64,000 nucleotides of DNA from Tubulanus polymorphus (Eukaryota; Animalia; Nemertea): assembly GCF_964204645.1 (NCBI RefSeq), contig NC_134026.1:15844150-15908149 (forward strand), given 5' to 3'. The notes beneath the pieces were generated by a model. That model ran no database searches and was not told the origin of the DNA. It was given only the letters and a program-made list of their open reading frames with translations. The translations under genes and the position numbers were made by a program. Below, piece after piece: positions 26,545 through 39,404 of this stretch. Position 1 is the first letter of the stretch. Every line of letters begins with the position of its first letter.

Positions 26545-29500
26545 GTCAATATGAAAATGTGTAAACATATAATTTCAATATTCAAATGTTTTAGAAAATA
26601 TATTCGATATTAGGAGTTTGCAGGTTTCGTGAGATCAGCAATTTATAATAGCATAGCTGTCATATACGGCTCCGCGTCCTCTGATGGCATGTATATTAGG
26701 TGACAATTCAATTCTTTATTGATCCTTATTACATTGAAATTCCGGGTTAAAATTCCCAAATTCAATAAATACAAATTTTAAAATAAGAAAATACAACATA
26801 CATGACACACGGGTAATTCATACAGGACAACATAAGCATGTTATTTTAAATGACAATGTCTACTTCAACCCAGACTCAAGACTCTAGGATATCGAGTGAC
26901 AACCAAACCCGTGGCCCGGGACCGGGCCGGCCGGTTCCTGAACTTCGCTGAAAAAGCTGAATCACTGAAACGCTGAAATAAAAACGCTGAAATTTCAGGG
27001 AATTTCCGAAAAACGCCGAAATTTCAGGGAATTCCCGAAAAACGCTGAAATCGTGCTAGGTACCAACAATACACGTTTTGAAATATTTTCCGGGCCGGTG
27101 TCCGCTGCCGAGTCCTGAACCGTGTTTTAGTCTCTACCTTCGGTTACAGAGACATGCATGGACAGTATGTGTGGAGTATACTTCTAGAGGGCTACTTGTT
27201 GGACAAATTAATTCGCTTGAAATCCGGATTTTTAATGCATACAGGCAGCATAATGAGGAAAACCCATTCACAAACCGTGCAAGCCAACTTAACACTATGC
27301 TCAATATTCCCTGCAAGACGCAAAATAACGTTCATGTATAAAACATGGAGCAACTTTTCTTTTGTCAACACGTTGATGGGCGACGGACTATGTCACTATG
27401 GTATTCTCTGAAGGAGGTAAATTAAATTTGACAGCTAGTTATATAAATGATGCAGCTTTAGAATTGGACAAAAGGGATCTAACTAAATTTCTTTTTAATT
27501 CACTGTGGAATGGAATGGAATGGATTGACGCCAATGGCATGCAGTAGGCCCCTACGTATGGGTCATACTGATTAGCGTCAACCAATTAATCTAAATCGGG
27601 CTAACCATTCAACAACTGTGAATAATTTGCTGTGGCGTGATAATAATTAGTTTTTTTGAAGAAATGACATACCAACTGTTAGAAAAATGTACCGATTCTT
27701 ATTTTTAGACTACTACTGAATCTATAAAAGGAGGAGTCATAGACAAAGTTGATTTGCTTAGCTGGTGACACTTCTTGTCAAGTAGGCTACATCATCTCAA
27801 GTACTGGGTGTTTTGTAAGTTTAATTTCAGTATTTATTTACTAAGTGCTGTTCTCTCGGACCTCAGTGCTTTCAAACTAGGCCCACCCCATAGGCTATAT
27901 AGTCCAGGGTGCATTAGCCACTATTCTTTTATATCCGACTAAAATGCACCTTTTTCTATTTTTAGATTCAGGCTTAGAATGTGCAAATTTTTTGAGATAC
28001 TGAGAAATCAGATGGCACCAGTAAACTTCAACTGCGAAATTTGCAGCAGGATAGCTGAACGACACAATTTTTAAAAATAAAATGGCTATTCGAATGCTAT
28101 TTCAATGATAACTTGATTCAACCAGAGAGAAATAAGTCAATTGCGGATGTACAGTACACCCACTTTTCTTCCCTGTTTCCTGGTACCAAATTTTTAGTCT
28201 TAAGCTAAGCGATATTCTAAGGTATACTAGTGGATTTCATTAGAATATGAAGCAATGGAACCAGAATTCTAGCCAGAGTTAAGCGAACTATTGATTCTGA
28301 TATAATGTAAGAACTGATTTCCTTTGTATACTCTTGCAGAATGTGTTGTTTTATTTCAAGCTGTTAAATAATATAGTTAGACAAATGTCCAATTATTGGA
28401 TCTTTCTTGTTGACTCGTTTAATTTTGTGAGTTAAGAGTTCCAGTCAATCCACAATGTGCAGTGCCTAGCCTTCATCTACACTAAAGCCAAGCCTGTGTA
28501 TGGGAAAAAAATATCGTTCGACTCCTATAGGCCAGACACATCAAAGCATGCAATACATTGCAGATAGTAGTCTCCGGCAAGTCGAAAGAGAAAGTAACCC
28601 AGGTTTTACCCCGTACCCTACCCGGGAACAAAGACACTTAAAGATTCCTTCCTCCTTGTAGAAATTGTAGCAATATGGCACCCAATTGTAGCAATGCTAA
28701 GTACAGTATACTATGACGGTTGAACCTTTATTAACGAATTTCAATGACACCGAAAATAGAATCAAAATAATCATTAGTTCCATGCTAGCACTTAATTCGG
28801 GTTATCAGGTTCAGCCTAACTGTACTTTCATTCAGCTACTACTTGTATGAGACTTGGCAATGATAAGTTGCAAGAAATCACCAAACATAAGAAAAAATAT
28901 TGTGAATTAATATTACTGTGATTAAGAATTTATTCAAATGAAGTGATAACTTCATTGTTAGATCGTACCGGTATATGCACATAAAACTATGGCAAAAAAC
29001 ACATCTAACAATCCACGCAATCCGCAATCGATCAAGTCGATCATGACGACGACCTTAAGGCATGTCTCTGTAACCGAAGGTAGAGCATAAAACACGGTTC
29101 AGGACTCGTCAGCGGACACCGGCCCGGAAAAAATTTCAAAACGTGTATTGTCGGTACCTAGCACGATTTCAGCGTTTTTCAGGGGAATTCCCTGAAATTT
29201 CGGCGTTTTCCGGAAATTCCCTGAAATTTCAGCGTTTTTATTTCAGCGTTTCAGCTTTTCAGTGTTTCAGCTTTTTCAACGAAGTTCAGGAACCGCCGGG
29301 CCGGCTGGCTAGGCCACACGATATGCTCGAAGTCATGATGAAGCAGACATCAGAAGAGCTCTTTCTTCAACCATGGAGGCAATGAAGTTGCAGACCAGCT
29401 TAGAGGCATAAGTAAATGAAGTCGGTCGCAAGTTCGCGATCAATTATTGAGAATTTTCAATAAAAGAAATTAAACCACTACTAGAGTCGAATACCTGTAT

Positions 29501-29622
29501 CATCTACCCAATCGCCAAATCTCATCATTCCCCAAATTTCTTAAAACTGCTATTTCAAATTTGCAATTCCACATTAGCTTATCCTAGAAATTCTACATTT
29601 TTTTCGCAGGCGTCAAATAATT
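26545..29622 (+). repeat. copy 1 of a second duplicated block (inverted copy at 43590-46935)
   Basis: 26545-26787 matches 46935-46689, 26788-26931 matches 44038-43900, and 29306-29622 matches 43905-43590, all as reverse complement. Confidence 0.9.
26932..29295. mobile_element. Mutator-like element with ~230-bp TIRs
   Basis: CGGTTCCTGAACTTCG...CGAAGTTCAGGAACCG; 10-bp TSD CCGGGCCGGC; empty site present at about 43910. Confidence 0.88.
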
Positions 29623-29650
29623 TTTTTAAATTTATTTTCTTGTTGTATTA

Positions 29651-29751
29651 CAGTAAAACGACGTTATAACGCCATTATCAGGACCAGGCTAATATTGGCT
29701 TTATAATGAGAATGGCGGTTATAAGAGGGGCGTTATAATGAGGTTTGACTG
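29651..29751. mobile_element. Tc1/pogo (Tigger-like) MITE
   Basis: TA|CAGTAAAACGACGTTATAACG...CGTTATAATGAGGTTTGACTG|TA. Confidence 0.65.
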
Positions 29752-31050
29752 TAGTAGTAAAAAGATTACAATCAATAAACTGTAAACAAACTAAGCCTTT
29801 ATATCTTCTTATGGTTCATAGCACTAATTTTCTTAATTATGAGGTGATTTGGCGCCGATGAATTTGTCCCTTGTGTTTTAGACTCTTTCGCTTAGCTTTC
29901 TCACAGTCTGTTCCTCTCTGAACAGTTCCCGCTTTCAAAAATTCTTTAAAATATCTAGAAATTTCATTAGTTTCCACATCAGACCACCTTTGGCGATTAA
30001 CTTTAGGCTTTCGATCGTTTTTATCATCATTTCTATCATGATCTAACTCATCGTTTCTATCATGATCTACATCGTCATCAGTATCTTCATCATCAATTTC
30101 TTGGAAACAGATTTCTGGATCAACATTCATGTCCTGAGTCCTAAAAGCAAAAATGAATGAAAAATTAGTAAATATATTACAGAGAATCAATATCACTATT
30201 GAAAAAATGTTGCATGATTTTGCTTAAAAAAGCACAAAATCTGTAATTATTAAGTCGTTTCAGTAATATAAAATAACAATATATAAATTCCCTTTTTAAG
30301 CAAGACTATTCGAAATTAAATTTTCTATTTCTTTTTATGAAACCTGAATAAAAATTTGGTTTCTTCTGACTTTTGAGATTAAAAAAAGATACATGTGTAT
30401 TCAACCAACCAGATGATTGTTATGTGTGCAAATATTGATATATAAAAAATAAGCCTGCTATGCGTACTCTATATCTCTCAGGTCACCAAAATCACCATCC
30501 TCAGCTATCTCACCATATGTTGACTCATCTGCTTCAGAACAAACAGCTTCTGTTAAATATAACAAGAAAACTAAATTGAAAGTATGTTGACGCTAATATT
30601 TGTGACGTAGTGTATCGAAAAACATTTTTGTAAACAGTTTCTACTGCAAAGCACAAGAATGAAAAATGAATTGCTAAATTAAAAAGTAAGAATAAATATG
30701 TCTTTCAAAACATCAATAAATATCTCTTCACAAATATACAATTTCACTACCTCTTATATCAAGATTTTCGATGTTACGCCCTGCATACTTCTTTGTAAGG
30801 TTCATGTCTTGGATAACTAGTAACTTTGACACATGCACGCTTTCATTGAAACCTGACATCTGTCTGTAGTGGTCAAGATGTACTGACTTTTTGTGTCCAA
30901 GGTGGTTACACACCCAAGACATTTGATTCTCATCCAGATTCATCATCAGAAAAATTAATGTCCATCATGTAGATAATTTAGATAGATACCTGTACATGTA
31001 GAGGAAATTTGATGTGAGGTAGTGACTAAGACATTATGTCCATAGCTCAT

Positions 31051-31279
31051 ATCATTCACTCTGAATAATTCTGATATCAGAACTAAATAAATAAAAGACT
31101 TAGCAGAAAATTAGGCGGGTATTTGATTTGAAACAAATAGTGAAACCTTATCATAATGGATACCGATACAAAAAATTGAATGAAATGAACCAAGATTTTT
31201 CTACTGCATATATGTTTACAAACTCAATTTACGAGGATACAGCTTACAATATTATGTTATCATGTCAACAAGCAATTAA
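31051..31279 (+). repeat. 229-bp perfect direct repeat, copy 1
   Basis: Identical by eye to 36583-36811. Confidence 0.95.
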
Positions 31280-31840
31280 TAATACACCTCTACTGACTGT
31301 TGATTACTGATTGATATTACAAGTTTTCTGTCATATTTCAATGAGATGTTCTTTGCATTAAAATTCCATTAATAGTTTCTGTTAGGACCTTTTTATGGGC
31401 GACAATTCCTTCACAATGACAATGCTTTATTTCATGTTGTGTCAAAGCCAAAACCGAGATAATTCATTGCTGCGTTGTGGTCTTCTTGTAGCGACGTCAT
31501 ACCCAGAAATATCAGCAGATGACGTCACCTATATGACAAAATTCGTATTCGTAAAGCCCATGCTCCAAATACTTTAGGGCTTCTCGATATTTTACTTTTG
31601 GTTGCGTTTATTTGAATTACCTTACATTGTACTATATTTTCTTTGGTTTTATTATTGGGCTGCCCTGACCTTAGTATATATATATACCCAAAGAGTTCTA
31701 TACACAAGTATTTCTCTTAACTTTTTCGTAATTTTCTTTTATGTCGATAAAATGGAAATAATTGTACCGACTCCCTGAAAAAATGTTGATGGATTATTTA
31801 TTTCAAATTAGTTAATTTTCATATTTTGATTTTTTGACAG

Positions 31841-34789
31841 ATGAGTTGGATTCAAACAGTGATGATGACCTATCTAAACCACCAACCAAAAATGCCCGAT
31901 TGAGTAAGCATGGTATCAAATTTCAAGGCCAAAAATGATACCTTGTCTCTCCATTCATGGAGCTTAATGTTTGCCGGACCTACTTTTTTAAAATGATGAC
32001 CAGGCTAACGATAACAAACCCGGCAGCAGAATGAGCTGATTACAAATTTTATGGCTGCAGTTTAACCGCTGCGGAGAAACAAGGTGTCACTTCTTTTAGC
32101 TTAATGTCATACTAATAATTTTGAAATTATATTTAATTTCCCGGGTTATTGATGTTAGTTAAATCATTCAACGCAACTCGCATTCAGAATGCTAGTCACA
32201 TAGTTTAAGCAATTCTTCCTTGGATAGCAAAAATGAATTGTGAGACCTTTTGAAAATCGAACTAAGCAACTGAGATTGAAAATCGAACTAAGCAAATTTA
32301 TCATTAAATTCGAAATATCGTAATAACCAGCAGGAACTGGCTGCTCAGAAGTTGGGTAAAGATGATAAAAACATAAGTTACATTGAACATATAATTGTCA
32401 GTATGTCAATTATCCACTGGTTACCCTCAAATTCTGAGTTGACTGAGCCATAGGAACCCTGACACAAAAAAATTATGAAATGCATCCCAATCATTAAATA
32501 TAAGATTCAAATTCAGTGTTTGAATAGTGTTCCTGTAAAACTTTCATATTTTCATTGTTTACTCGTAGATGAGGTGGATTCGAACAGTGATGATGACCAT
32601 GTAACAGATGGTAATTATGCAATTTTCTATAATTTGAGATATTTATTTTGCCCCATTTATTTGTCTTGATATGATAGTATGCTCTAGCTCTTTGATGGGA
32701 ATTGTTGAGTGTACATGTATTTCAAAATGTTTTGGGTCAATTATCAACTTATTAACTTTATCTTTTCTAGACATACCGCTACCCAAACCACCAGCCAAGA
32801 TTGCCAGTTTGTGTAAGTATGGTATCAAATTTTAATGTCAATGTTTATCTTGGGTAATTGATTTCAGTGATGTTAGATGGCCTCAATTTTTTTCAAGCAG
32901 CCTCTCAAGTTTCAAATGTAAATACACGTAACATTGAGTTATCATGTAGCAGTGTAGAAGACACAGGATTCACCCAAGTGACCAAAAGTAAGGTATCGCA
33001 TCCATGCAGCCTAAAAGTTAAACAAGTCAACAGTTCAACATCGACCCAGTTGAATCCTATTAGCAGTCCACCGATGAAAGGTAATAATTTTATCCTTAAC
33101 GCTATTGCGTTCAATTTTCGCCCGTCCATTTGTGTCTGTAGACAGAATCCAGTTATTTTAGGAAGTTTTGAAGGCGCTTCAATGGATTGTCTACCAGGGG
33201 TTGTTGAATACTTGAGCATTTAGTTAAGTTATAAAAAACACAGGCTGCTTGGCGTGAAGTTTTTGTATAACTTCACAATGTCACAAAAAATTCAAGGTCT
33301 ATAGATCTATTGTATTTTATATTTTGTTTTTCAGTTTCATCGGAAATATTCCGATCCAGAATTCCGATGGAAACACTCCGATCGCCAGTTCCGCTAGAAA
33401 CTTTACGATCCCCGTCGCCATGTTCAAGTGGAGCAGAATCTTTAAAATCAGATCCATTTCCGATAAACCAAGGAAGTAAGAATCGCAATTTGACAAAAAC
33501 TTACTAAAATTTATTACCATGTAGATAGTTTCTTGCCTGATGAATTTGATATGGAATTCAATTTGATCTCAGAGTTTCAGCGTAAGGTACTACACTTGCT
33601 TACCGAAATCCGAGCTGATGTGAGGAGGTGCCTAGCTGATAGAGAGGATAATGAATCGGACATTCATATCAACGCAGTATCGGACATAGAGGAGTTCCAG
33701 CTTCTCGAATCGGAATTAAGAGACCCTGAGAAACATGTAACACTGGTATGTTGTTTAAGCTGATTAAAATTATTTTTTACGCACGTCAAGATTTTATTTG
33801 CAATCTGCATGAACAAAATATATTTGTAGTTAAAAAGAATTCGAAAAGTAGGTGGTGACACGTATAAGGATGCAATATCGAATATTATGAAGAGGTAAAT
33901 ATTATTCAAGCTGCTTCTTTTATAGATTTCATTTTGGACCAACAGTACTAACAGCAAATGCTGTCGCTGCTGTCATTCAAAACCGTGTACCATTTACTGA
34001 CAATTTAGGTGCCTTTCACTCAGGATCATTACTGGAGGTTGTCCATGGTGAATATGTTTTTTAAAATTATTTGGAATTTACCTAGAACACGTAGTCACCA
34101 GGACCCGGTTACACACTTCCCGAGTTAAAATTTGACTTGGAGTTAGCTTATTGAAAATAAGCTAATTTTCACTCTAGTTAGCTAGTTAACTATAAATCAC
34201 AACTTTCAAACTGGACCCAAAATCATTGAAATTACCAATTTAGTACTCAGAAAAAAATATTAAATAGTTCGCCTAGTATTAAAGTGATTTTGGGCGCATG
34301 CATTCACTTTTTAGCCCACTTATATAATTCCCAGTGAGCTGGCTATTGCGTTCACTCTCCATTCATCTGTAGACGAAATAAAGTTATTTTGGGAAAATTT
34401 TAAGATGCTCCAATGGATTGTCATGATATTTACTTCACGGAAATATCCTAGAAAGATCTTCAGCCCAAAAAATGTTTACTATTTATTACATTTGTAGAGT
34501 GCTATCCAATAATGTTATGTCAAAATTTAACCTGAAAGGCAATAGAGGAAAGTTTGCCTTTGAAGAAACTCGACTTTGTCGTCTGATAGTTGGTATGTAT
34601 AATTGTCTTATGTCAGTATATGTGTTTTTGACTGGAATGTTAATATTTTTATTCTCATTTAATCTAGATGCTGTTATCCAAACCTACCGTGCAAATGAAA
34701 CTGAAGTGATAAAGGCCATTGGTTCGCAATTGAAGTACGCCCCAGATCGAAAAGGTGGAAGTGGACGTGTCGTTGATAAGTTAGAGTAA
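31841..34789 (+). CDS. spliced DUF4806/BEN-like transposon accessory gene, 5' part incomplete
   Basis: GT-AG exons 33334-33475, 33525-33745, 33830-33894, 34498-34592 and 34668-34789 join in frame: FQRKVLHLLTEIR..KVGG..IMKRVLSNNVMSKFNLKG..KFAFEET..LKYAPDRKGGSGR. Small acidic exons lie at 31841-31903, 32569-32610 and 32771-32812. Confidence 0.75.
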
Positions 34790-35162
34790 TGTGAATGTAT
34801 TTTTGGCAATACATAATGACATCTGTTTAATTTCGATTTGTGGAACCTTGATAGAATCTCGGGTAACCATGCGACTTCATGGGTCCAGTCTTAAAACGAA
34901 CCATAAAGTTCTAGCGATCTATTCTTATTTGATTTTGCATTTTTTTGATTGATAGAACAAGCTCCTCAAACTCATAGAGCAATATTAATTTTTCCACTAT
35001 CTTTATCTAAATGATGCAATTTGAAAATATTGTAGCCGCTTCTCTTTAGGGCATTCCCCTATACACAATGATTTTTATCGAAAGAGGCAATATTGTCTAT
35101 TGTGGGGAAGGTTACTTTGGTAATCTTTCAACGCAATGCAAATCGATTAGCAATCACTGTAA

Positions 35163-35420
35163 TGTAGATAGAATCCCACAATAATAACGAAAAACAGTCC
35201 GAAAATGTAACTTGGGCTAGTAGTTTTATTTGACATTTCGACTATATCCTAATAGTCATCTTCAGGAATACAGTATTCCTGAAGATGACTATTAGGATAT
35301 AGTCAAAACGTTGAATAAAACTACTAGCTCAAGTTAAATTTTCGGACTGTTTTTCGTTATCATTGTGGGATTCTATCTACATTATCGTTCCAACACGGAT
35401 ATAGTGTTTTATCAATCGTA
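35163..35420. mobile_element. palindromic Penelope pLTR insertion
   Basis: Two inverted pLTR copies centred on 35272; 14-bp TSD AGCAATCACTGTAA at 35149 and 35421. Confidence 0.85.
35274..35325 (+). ncRNA. minimal hammerhead-like ribozyme motif, possibly mutated (AAAA for GAAA)
   Basis: CTGAAGA-T-GACTAT(taggat)ATAGTC-aAAACGTT. Confidence 0.4.
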
Positions 35421-35455
35421 AGCAATCACTGTAAGTTAAATTGCTATTTTTTATA

Positions 35456-35972
35456 CAGTCAACCCCGCATAAGTTGTAGCCGTCAGGACCGACAATTATT
35501 CTACGACTTAAGCGATGTACAAGTTATGTGAAGTTGTATTTTAGTCGTGGTTTTATACGAATTCCGCATATAACCAGTGAAAATACGATATATACGATTC
35601 TCAAATTCCAGCGTGGTTAGTCCCGGCCCAGTCGTATCCTAAGCTGCTGACCGTGCAGGTCCTATATATATCGTACCCTACCACAAGAAAGTTACATTTT
35701 AACAGTCTAAACACTTACACAGACAATATTGTAGCGTATTTTTAATTTATCTGCTGCCGGCATATGGCTACGACTTACGCGAGGTATTTTGAATGAAATC
35801 AGAAGATTTGGACTTTAAAAATGATTCGACTTACGTGAAAATACGACTTATAAAGTACGAGTTATAAGCATAATTTTATAAGGGTTAAAGAAGAAAAAAA
35901 TCGGGACCAAAATAATTATACGAGAGATGTGATGATACGACTAATTCGATGACGACTTATGCGGGGTTGACT
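35456..35972. mobile_element. Tc1/pogo (Tigger-like) MITE
   Basis: TA|CAGTCAACCCCGCATAAGT...ACTTATGCGGGGTTGACT. Confidence 0.8.
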
Positions 35973-36582
35973 AGTTCTTTTTGAGACCTCTTTGAGGTAT
36001 AATTTTCTAAAATTGATGGTGAGTGATGGCTTAATACTCAAACCATTTGAAACTACATGTAGTAGTTGAGTATGTAATTAGTATTTGTGTTTTTTTAGAT
36101 CTTTTATTTGTATACAAGTTGCTTGAAAAAGCACGATCTGTTAAACTTAATTTTACAGTTAATTTTTAATAAAAACTTCATATAAAATTCAGTACTGTTG
36201 TATTTATATATCTTGGTTTGGTTAGGTTGAAATGTAATTGAAGGTTCATCGTAAATCCGGAGCTGTTATCGTGTCGCTTAAGGATAAAAGATTACGTTGG
36301 TATTTGGTTGAAATGATGTTGTATCCATCGCATACATGACGTCTATAACTGGTCGGAAAACGACGTCGATTCAATTTTCATTATCTATCAAAATTCAACG
36401 TCTTTGAATAACGTCGTTTCAACGTTGTTACAACGTTGAAACGACGTTGTATTAACGTCGTATACATGACGTTGAAATTTAGTCAGAAAATGACGTTGTT
36501 TCAATTTTCATTATCGATCAATATCCGACGTCTTTACACAACGTTGTTTCAACGTTGAAACGACGTTGTTGTGCCCACTGGG

Positions 36583-36811
36583 ATCATTCACTCTGAATAA
36601 TTCTGATATCAGAACTAAATAAATAAAAGACTTAGCAGAAAATTAGGCGGGTATTTGATTTGAAACAAATAGTGAAACCTTATCATAATGGATACCGATA
36701 CAAAAAATTGAATGAAATGAACCAAGATTTTTCTACTGCATATATGTTTACAAACTCAATTTACGAGGATACAGCTTACAATATTATGTTATCATGTCAA
36801 CAAGCAATTAA
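36583..36811 (+). repeat. 229-bp perfect direct repeat, copy 2
   Basis: Starts immediately after the ...GTGCCCACTGGG terminus. Confidence 0.95.
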
Positions 36812-38629
36812 GCAAGAGCGCTAGTGACAAAATGGACTATTATCGAGTCCATAGATGTTGACAACACACCTTATAACGACCTCATTTTCCCATGGAGTTC
36901 GTTATATTGAGATTTCACCATAAATAGAAGAAGACGCTGAAAAATATTCGAATTGAGGAAGGAATATATATAGAGAAAATATATCACGTAAATGTTTCAT
37001 ACTTGGGTTAATGTAGCAGTGTACTTCCGCATTGAAACACTTGTGATCCTGGATGGTGCAACCAGACTGATCTCTCTGCACACCTTGATGGATCCATATG
37101 CCCTGGAGTATTTCATTTCCAAAAAGATGAGTTTATATCATAAACGCAAAAAGATAAAATGCACATCTACAGTAGGCAATTTGTTTGTGAGATTCATGAT
37201 ATCTGATATCTATAACAATTTTTTATCTACCTGTATTCGGGAATAGATATTTGTTGGCAGCTTTGATACCAGCTTTGATCCTGTTATTTGGGTTGGCTTT
37301 AAACTCCAGAACCTTCTTTCAGTAATTAGGAATTATGACAGGAACCGGTCTGAAACAAAAAAAAGTTATCCAAACGATATTCTCTTACTAGCAGCAAAAA
37401 ATCACAATTTTTCATCAATGTCCATAGCATTAAGTAAAAATAATGAAACGAAATGAAAAAAACTATATTATTGTAATCCATTGCTCGTATATTATACAAG
37501 GTAATTAATGTACATGTGTTAGTTTTAAGAAATGTTTTGATAACTTTTAGGATGCACAGCCAAAGAAGGATACCAGTTATAAGAGACATTTACCAATGAA
37601 AAACGTAGGAAGCAAAACATTATTGTTTCACAGATTCAAAAATCTGTGATCAAGGGTGAGAATTCGCAAATCAGTCAAAAATGAATTTTTGTCACCATAC
37701 CTTTCCCCTGACAGTCATAATGTCCTGTGTCTTTGCTTCTCAAGTTTTGCCAGATCGCTGATTAATGACTCATCAAAATCAAACAGTTCTCTATCCCGAC
37801 TTGCATATGAATGGAGCATTAAAAAGTGGTTTATAGTAAAATGGTATTAGAAAGTAATCTGAAACTTATCTGTTATACAGCTCTGACAACTCAAACCACG
37901 TATTCCACAGTTTAATGATTTTGAATTAGAAGTTAGAAATCATAATGGATACTTAATTGACTTGAATAATTTTCCTGTAATTTATGAATTAGTTATAAGA
38001 TGTTAAGAATAATTATTTTGTTATATTAATATGAATATAACTGTTGGACCGAGTATATGTTTTGGTTTTGGTTTAAAACGTGAACAAGAAATTTAATATT
38101 AATGATGTAATAACTCATATTAAAAATATAACATTTTATAATTACACAACATTTGATCATGAAACAGCAATAAATAAACTTACAATATAGAAATGATACT
38201 TGATTTAATTAAAACGTTTTTAAAATTTTATGAACTAGATGAAGATTATATTATTGATGATATCAAAGAAATAATTACTGAAGTATATGAAAATAAAACT
38301 AATGATATCATAAATTAATAATATCATGAATTAATAATAACTTAGATAACTAAATATTTTGAAGACGGTAATTTTTTTTCTTTATATATGATGGACCAGA
38401 AGTGGATAATACATGGATCATATAATGGAGCATTATTTTCAGTTGGAACTGTCGGGTATACAATGTTGTTAAAAAAAGTTTTTAAGATAGGAAGTATTAA
38501 TGTTGATAGATTTGATATCAATGATATTTTTAAATTAACATTAGCAGTTACTTTATCTAATCTAACAATTGATTATTTAGAAAAACAAAATATATTCCTC
38601 CTATTGACGCGTAATTTTTTATTAAATAA

Positions 38630-39054
38630 ATGGCAACTGCAATTATAACTATTATAGGATCGGCAATTGTTAACGCTTTAGCATTTACAGGTGGTAGTCA
38701 TTTATTTATATTTTATATTGATAAAAATGGCTCAATATCTGAACAAAAAAGACATAATTTAGAATAAGAAAAATATAATAAAGCAGCAGAAGAATATAGA
38801 GAAAAAGACAAAATTATATGGATTATATAAATAAAGAATAATATAATCAAAATATTTCAGACCGTGATTTTCAATCAGTTAATGAAGCTATGGGATTATA
38901 TAATTCAGTAACAAATCGTGAAAAATTACATTTGTACAAACCTATATTATCAGATTATTATACACCAAGTAAAGAACAACAACAATATAAAATAATATGG
39001 ATTTTAGGTGGAACATTTGTTGTATTATTTGTTGCTTATAAATTTATTAATTAG
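38630..39054 (+). pseudogene. Maverick/adintovirus small membrane-active-type protein, disrupted
   Basis: MATAIITIIGSAIVNALAFTGG...EQKRHN...PILSDYYTPSKEQQ plus C-terminal TM segment; contains a stop and frameshifts. Confidence 0.7.
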
Positions 39055-39404
39055 TAATTTTTTATAACATAAATGGAAGATAAAATTAATGGTGTTAATA
39101 TTATTCCTCATGATATAAATATGTTCAGAAAAACAAACATTAGAATTTGAAAATGATTTAAAAGTTAAAAAGATAAAATATTTAAAAAGCAAAATTATAT
39201 ATTATTTTATTATTAGTGGTTCAGTTACAATTAGTTCGGTGATAACATTTTTAGCAATATTCAGTCCATTAACACCTTTAGCTGTATCAGTTGGCGTTCT
39301 AGGTTTAAGTTCAAGTGTACTTGCTGGCATAAGTTCAAAATTAAATATAATAAGTAGTAAAGAAAAAAATAAGTCTAATATGAAAGAAATTAATAAATCA
39401 AATA

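Larger units (their letters stand above)
31280..36582 (+). mobile_element. one-ended CMC/EnSpm-type transposon arm
   Basis: Right end reads CCCAGTGGGCACAAC on the minus strand, with subterminal ACGTTGAAACGACGTTG repeats (36290-36570); carries a DUF4806-like gene; no left TIR seen. Confidence 0.7.
29790..37900 (-). pseudogene. spliced tyrosine-recombinase-like gene, 5'-truncated and decayed
   Basis: Exons: ~37820-37701 (IMTVRGK), 37349-37231 (PVPVIIP..AGI..NKYLFP), ~37110-37003 (RITSVSMRKYTATLTQ), 30946-30751 (WVCNHLGHKKSVHLDHYR), ~30552-30475, and 30140-29790 (acidic tract, RQRWSDVE). Stops and mutated splice sites are present. Confidence 0.75.

Noticed and set aside
31051-36811. LTR retrotransposon interpretation of the 229-bp direct repeats
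   Set aside because: No TG...CA ends, PBS/PPT or gag/pol; the interior is a spliced gene ending in a DNA-transposon TIR.
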